Positions 59,569-64,000 of a DNA stretch of 64,000 nt are shown in pieces. This DNA comes from an uncultured Nitrososphaeraceae archaeon. GTDB lineage: Archaea > Thermoproteota > Nitrososphaeria > Nitrososphaerales > Nitrososphaeraceae. The stretch lies in the NCBI GenBank assembly GCA_963837175.1, contig CAWIMJ010000021.1, forward strand, positions 1 through 64,000, written 5' to 3'. The number at the start of each line of letters is the position of its first letter. The stretch's first letter is position 1. The position numbers and the translations under genes are program-made. The notes beneath the pieces were generated by a model. That model saw only the letters and a program-made list of their open reading frames with translations. It was not told where the DNA came from and did no database searches.

Positions 59569-62024
59569 TTGACTTCTATACCACTACTGACTTTTCTTCT
59601 TATTACACTTTTCATGCTATCCATTAGTGTATTATTATTTGAGCTTGCACTCACTAGAATTTTTTCAATAATCCTCTGGTATGATTATGCTTTTATGGCG
59701 ATTTCCGTAGCGTTTTTTGGACTTGGAATTGGATCCTTGCTGATACACATTCTGAAGAATAAAATAAAAAGAGAGAAACTAGCATCAAAAATACTTCAAA
59801 CTACTATAATTTTTGCAGTGTCTGTGCCAATCTTTTTACTCGTAATAGGACAAATCATCCCACCAAACATATATTTCATTTATCTATTCTATTTGGCTTC
59901 TTCAATTCCTTTCTTTTTTGCTGGAATTTCGATGTCACTAATATATTTTGCAATGCCTAGAGAAGTAAGCAAACTATACTTCATTGATCTAGTCAGGAGC
60001 AGCGTCGGCTACACTTATGCTTGATCCTCTAATGCAAAGATTAGGTGCAGAATCTGTGCTACTTTCGGCAGCTCTGTTAGTACTCGGTCCTTCTCTTATT
60101 GCTGCCTTTATTATTGTCCACTTCACAGAAAAAGAATGTATCAGACGCGCCAGTAATTGAAAACAAAATAAAGCTGTATGGAATAATTGTGTTGGCTGCC
60201 TCTACTGTGTTATTAGCAGCTAATTCAGGCTCCAATATAATAGCAATAAAACCCGGCGAAAACAAAGGATTGCATTATCAGTTGTCAAAGCCTTCAGAAT
60301 TTGAGCATTTATCAACCCAATGGAATTCTTTCTCTCGAATTGACGTTACTAGACAAATCCATCATCATGACAGCGACAACGATAATACTGGTAGATCTAG
60401 AGCCCTAGCCGCAATAGCTATCGATGCCGATGCCGACACTCCAGTCTTTAGATGGAATGGTTCGTCTGCAGATCTTCTATGGATGAAAAAATATATGGAT
60501 TATTTACCATTTGAAATATCAAATGATGTCAACAATACTTTAATTATTGGTAGCGGTGGAGGGGAGGACGTTTTAATTGCCTTGGCTGGAGGCTCGAAGA
60601 AAGTCACTGCAGTAGAGATAAATCCATTGATAATATCAACAGCAAAACAATTTGGCAATTCTACAGGAAATTTATACGAACGTAATGAGGTGGAATTATT
60701 CGTTGATGATGGCAGACGATTTATCAGCTCTAGTAATTCAAAATATGACATGATAGTAATAAAGCTCGTTGATTCTTGGGCTGCTCAGCTTGCTGGTGGA
60801 TATGCACTTTCAGAAAATTATCTCTATACAGTAGAAGCGTTCAGAGAATATCTACATCACTTGGATGAAGATAATGGGATGCTTGTTATGGTACGTTGGA
60901 ACTTTGAATTGCCAAGACTCATGCCCCTAATAGCAGAATCTTTACGACAGGAGCAAAAAGAAGGAAGTATGGAAGACATTAGTCAGCAGATTTTGGTAGT
61001 CGAAGATCGGCCTGGATTATATTTTGCATCAAACGATCAACAAACAATATATCCGGTCGTTCTAATAATAAAAAATAGTCCATTTACTGATTCAGAAATT
61101 AATCTGGCAAAGGAGAGGATCGCTAACAATAATGCTAAAGTAATTGCAATGCCAGATGGATATATAGAACCTCCTTATGACAGACTACTATCAGATAAGA
61201 ATTATTATTATCATCGTCAACAATTGCAAGAAAATGATCCTAAAACAAGTTTAGAGTTAAAACCGCCAACCGATGATTCACCATTCTATTTTGCAAGAGA
61301 GCAGATTCCAAACCAGATGATATTTCTCTTAGAAACTGTTCTTGGAGTATCTGCAGTACTTGCTTTGCTTTTGATATATTATTCAAGAAGAAATAAAATT
61401 CAACTAGTTACATCGTCAAGGTCATCATGGTTCCATATGATCTTTGTATTGTTTATCGGACTTGGGTTCATGTTTCTAGAAATAACCTTTATTCAAAAAT
61501 TTCTGTTGTTACTTGGAACACCAATAATGGCATTAACTGTTATTCTTTTTTCGATCCTACTGTCTAGTGGAATAGGCGCATATTTGAGTGGAAGACTATT
61601 TCGTAAAAATCCTTATAAGGCTGTAGTAATAACAATACCCCTTCTGGTTGGAATAGTATTAACATACTATGGTCTACTACAAGAAATTATATATACAGGT
61701 ATAACTCTGCAACTGTCGCAGAGAATTGCGTTGACTTTTGCGCTTATATTGCCTGCAGGTCTTCTTATGGGATTTCAATTTCCATCCATTATTAGAATGG
61801 CTTCCATGCATTCAGTGAAAGATAATAATACTGATGGGGATATCACTTTGCTATGGGGTATAAACGTGATCGCCTCAGTAATAGCAACCGTGTTGACTGC
61901 TATATCCTCCATGGTGATTGGCTTTAACGGCAACCTGTTAATCGGAGCAGGATTATACGTTGGGGCATTAGTGTCTGCCATAGCAGCAGTGAAATTAAGA
62001 CGAAAGCTCGCTCTCCCAACTTAG
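59569..62024 (+). CDS. Membrane protein with a central spermidine synthase-like SAM-binding domain (two +1 breaks near 59994 and 60112)
   Basis: FELALTR, WNSFSRID, IIGSGGGED, VEINP, DDGRRF, ENYLYTVEAF, TDDSPFY, GLGFMFLE, WGIN. Confidence 0.88.
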
Positions 62025-62042
62025 CCTTACCTATCCATTATT

Positions 62043-62154
62043 TACTGCCTAACATAATTTCATATATCTTTTAAAACCAAGTAAAAGGATTTTTTAAGCA
62101 TAGTAAACCTTACATATTAAGAAAAATCTGTAAACGAACTTTTGTTAGTTAGTA
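62043..62154. mobile_element. 112-bp MITE-like element, copy 2 (inverted relative to copy 1)
   Basis: Reverse complement matches 30379-30490 at all but about 3 positions. Confidence 0.8.
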
Positions 62155-62414
62155 TTGTTGAACTAATTGAGCAAGATCTTCAGAATGTACTCTCAACAGC
62201 TATTTAATATAGAAAGAAGATGGCAATTTATAATTAATAATAGAATATAATTATTATCTTCTTTAAATAAATTAATTTTTGAGATCAGAACATATTTGAT
62301 AGGAGATAAAAAAAATGTATTCCTACTATAGAGTTTTCGAGGTAAATAGTCCTATCAGGTATAGAATCTATTATAATATCTGAGCGCTAATAAAACATTT
62401 TAGGTTGTAAATAA

Positions 62415-63110
62415 GGCACTGTTCAGTTAACGGATAGATCTATAGCTAAAAACATCCTATTATACCCATAATGGCTATATTCAAGGAAAGAAGTAGGACC
62501 TCTTCAAAGTATATTTATTACGCATTACAGCTATACTCTTCAGGGCTATCACTCAGGAAAACGTCTGAAAGATTAACTGCGGTACGTATCAAAAGAAATC
62601 ATGTCTCTATCTGGAATTGGATTCAACGATACAAACCAAAGAGGATATTTCAGGCTAGAAGTACAATATCTGAATTCATAATTGATGAGACATTGATTAA
62701 AGTAGGTAGTGATTATGTATGGATTTGGGTTGCGATTGAGCCAATGAATAAGATGATTCTAGGCATTCGTCTCTCTATAGAGAGAGAAGTATGCTAGTTG
62801 CTGAACAGTTTATAAAATCACTGATTAGAAGATATGGAAAGCACAATATTTCAACAGACGGTGGTACTTGGTACCCACAGGCATGTAGATTTCTAAACAT
62901 TGAACATCACAATCATTCCTCGATTGAAAAAAGCTTCATAGAAAGGACTATACAGTACATAAAGGATAGAACTGAATGTTTTGATGATTATTTTCCTTGT
63001 ACAAGAATTAACTGCAAACTGGAGCACATAGTGAAGTGGTTAATTTTATTTGTAGATATGCATAGCAGAGAGCTCATAATAAAACGAAGAATTGTTAAAT
63101 GAACAGGGCC
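62415..63110 (+). mobile_element. IS6-family insertion sequence (696 bp)
   Basis: IRs GGCACTGTTCAGTTAAC / GTTAAATGAACAGGGCC; perfect 8-bp duplication GTAAATAA at 62407-62414 and 63111-63118. Confidence 0.96.
62471..63102 (+). CDS. IS6-family DDE transposase, broken at a (GA)n run near 62780
   Basis: GLSLR, HVSIWNWIQ, IDET, TDGGTWY, IER..QYIKDRTECFDDYFPC. Confidence 0.9.
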
Positions 63111-63689
63111 GTAAATAAGAACATAAATTATAATAAATATAAATGAATATCTTTTTATTATATTGATATAATTGTTACTACACTATAGATAATATTATTA
63201 TGTTTCTTAAGAAATGACAAACGGCTGAGATCTTTTACAAAAAAATTGAGACTCATAGCCGTTTGCAATAGATTTCCAAAGTTTTGCAGCTATGGTTCAG
63301 CAATCTACATTTTTATTCTAATACTAAACAGTAAAATTACCTTCTGTAAGCGAACTTTCCAAATGCGTGTATTAACATAAATTATATATGTAAAAATCAA
63401 CAATTACGTTATAGATTGACAACTGGTACTAATAACAATACCAACAAAAAAAGAGTAACTAAAAAAGGAATACTACTAACAGCTCTTATTGTAGCAGCGA
63501 TTATCGGAGCAAGTTTTATAGTATATGTTATACCATAGGTATACGAAGTATCCGATTTGATAAGAATCAGATTATTGGCTTTTTTCTATATAGTTGAAGA
63601 TTAGAATACCAAATTAATCATATCTATTAATGTCACTCTCTATTGCCTGAAGAGACAAAGATATATTTCCCTTGTGCAGAAATGCTGTC

Positions 63690-63817
63690 AGCGGGGTGGG
63701 GAAGCCAGTTATCTCTGAGAAGAGAGAGGTTAAGTAATCCCGGCGGGCTCATAACCCGCAGAGCGGTTTCCATCTGCTTAAAGCATTTGGCTGTATGTTC
63801 AAATCAACCCCCCGCTA
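63690..63817 (+). tRNA. Initiator tRNA-Met(CAT) with two introns (63709-63733 at position 18/19; 63769-63796 at position 52/53)
   Basis: Spliced sequence folds as AGCGGGG/CCCCGCT, GGGA/TCCC, GCGGG-CTCATAA-CCCGC, GGTTG-TTCAAAT-CAACC; A1:U72 and three G:C pairs in the anticodon stem; both introns form bulge-helix-bulge motifs. Confidence 0.93.
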
Positions 63818-64000
63818 TTATTTTTAAAAGACATATGGTACTATCATGTGGCAAAAGAAAACCATTTAACAAATAATTTTGAATCTGAGATAAAACTTAG
63901 TGATTTCTTTTCCATTCCATATCTATAGATAGGTTTGGTTAAATGTCTATGTGATTTTGGAGCCGGAAGGTAGAGTCCAATTTCAAGGTTTCTATCTCTT

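Noticed and set aside
63450-63600. Membrane protein start KRVTKKGILLTALIVAAIIGASFIVYVIP
   Set aside because: In-frame stop follows at once and no start codon is clear; at best a gene remnant
62415-63817. Integrative element anchored at the tRNA
   Set aside because: No integrase and no duplicated tRNA fragment seen in this window; sequence beyond 64000 is not visible
63643-63876. 77-aa ORF
   Set aside because: Overlaps the intron-containing tRNA-iMet

Overview
AT-rich, gene-sparse archaeal DNA. Gene content (CDC48 with archaeal Hsp20, LSm, long QueD plus QueC, purB, CHRD, PsbP-like, C2H2 microproteins, an intron-split A1:U72 initiator tRNA) points to a soil ammonia-oxidising archaeon of the Nitrososphaeraceae; this assignment is an inference. 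Housekeeping islands lie among accessory genes, pseudogenes and mobile DNA: two IS6 elements, one IS5 inserted in a hydrolase 3' end, a decayed IS5-like element, and two inverted copies of a 112-bp MITE-like element. The most striking item is a 277-bp transposase-less IS6 derivative (11366-11642, perfect 8-bp target duplication) whose only content is an intact AbrB-type regulator gene with its stop codon inside the inverted repeat. Also notable: tRNA-iMet with two non-canonical BHB introns (18/19 and 52/53), a QueD with an N-terminal PD-(D/E)XK-like domain, candidate operator arrays in front of three loci, and two paralogous secreted proteins with different tandem-repeat tails. Many frameshifts look like consensus artefacts (two alleles of one codon merged), so split ORFs are not necessarily pseudogenes. 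All calls come from reading motifs by eye; no database search was run.
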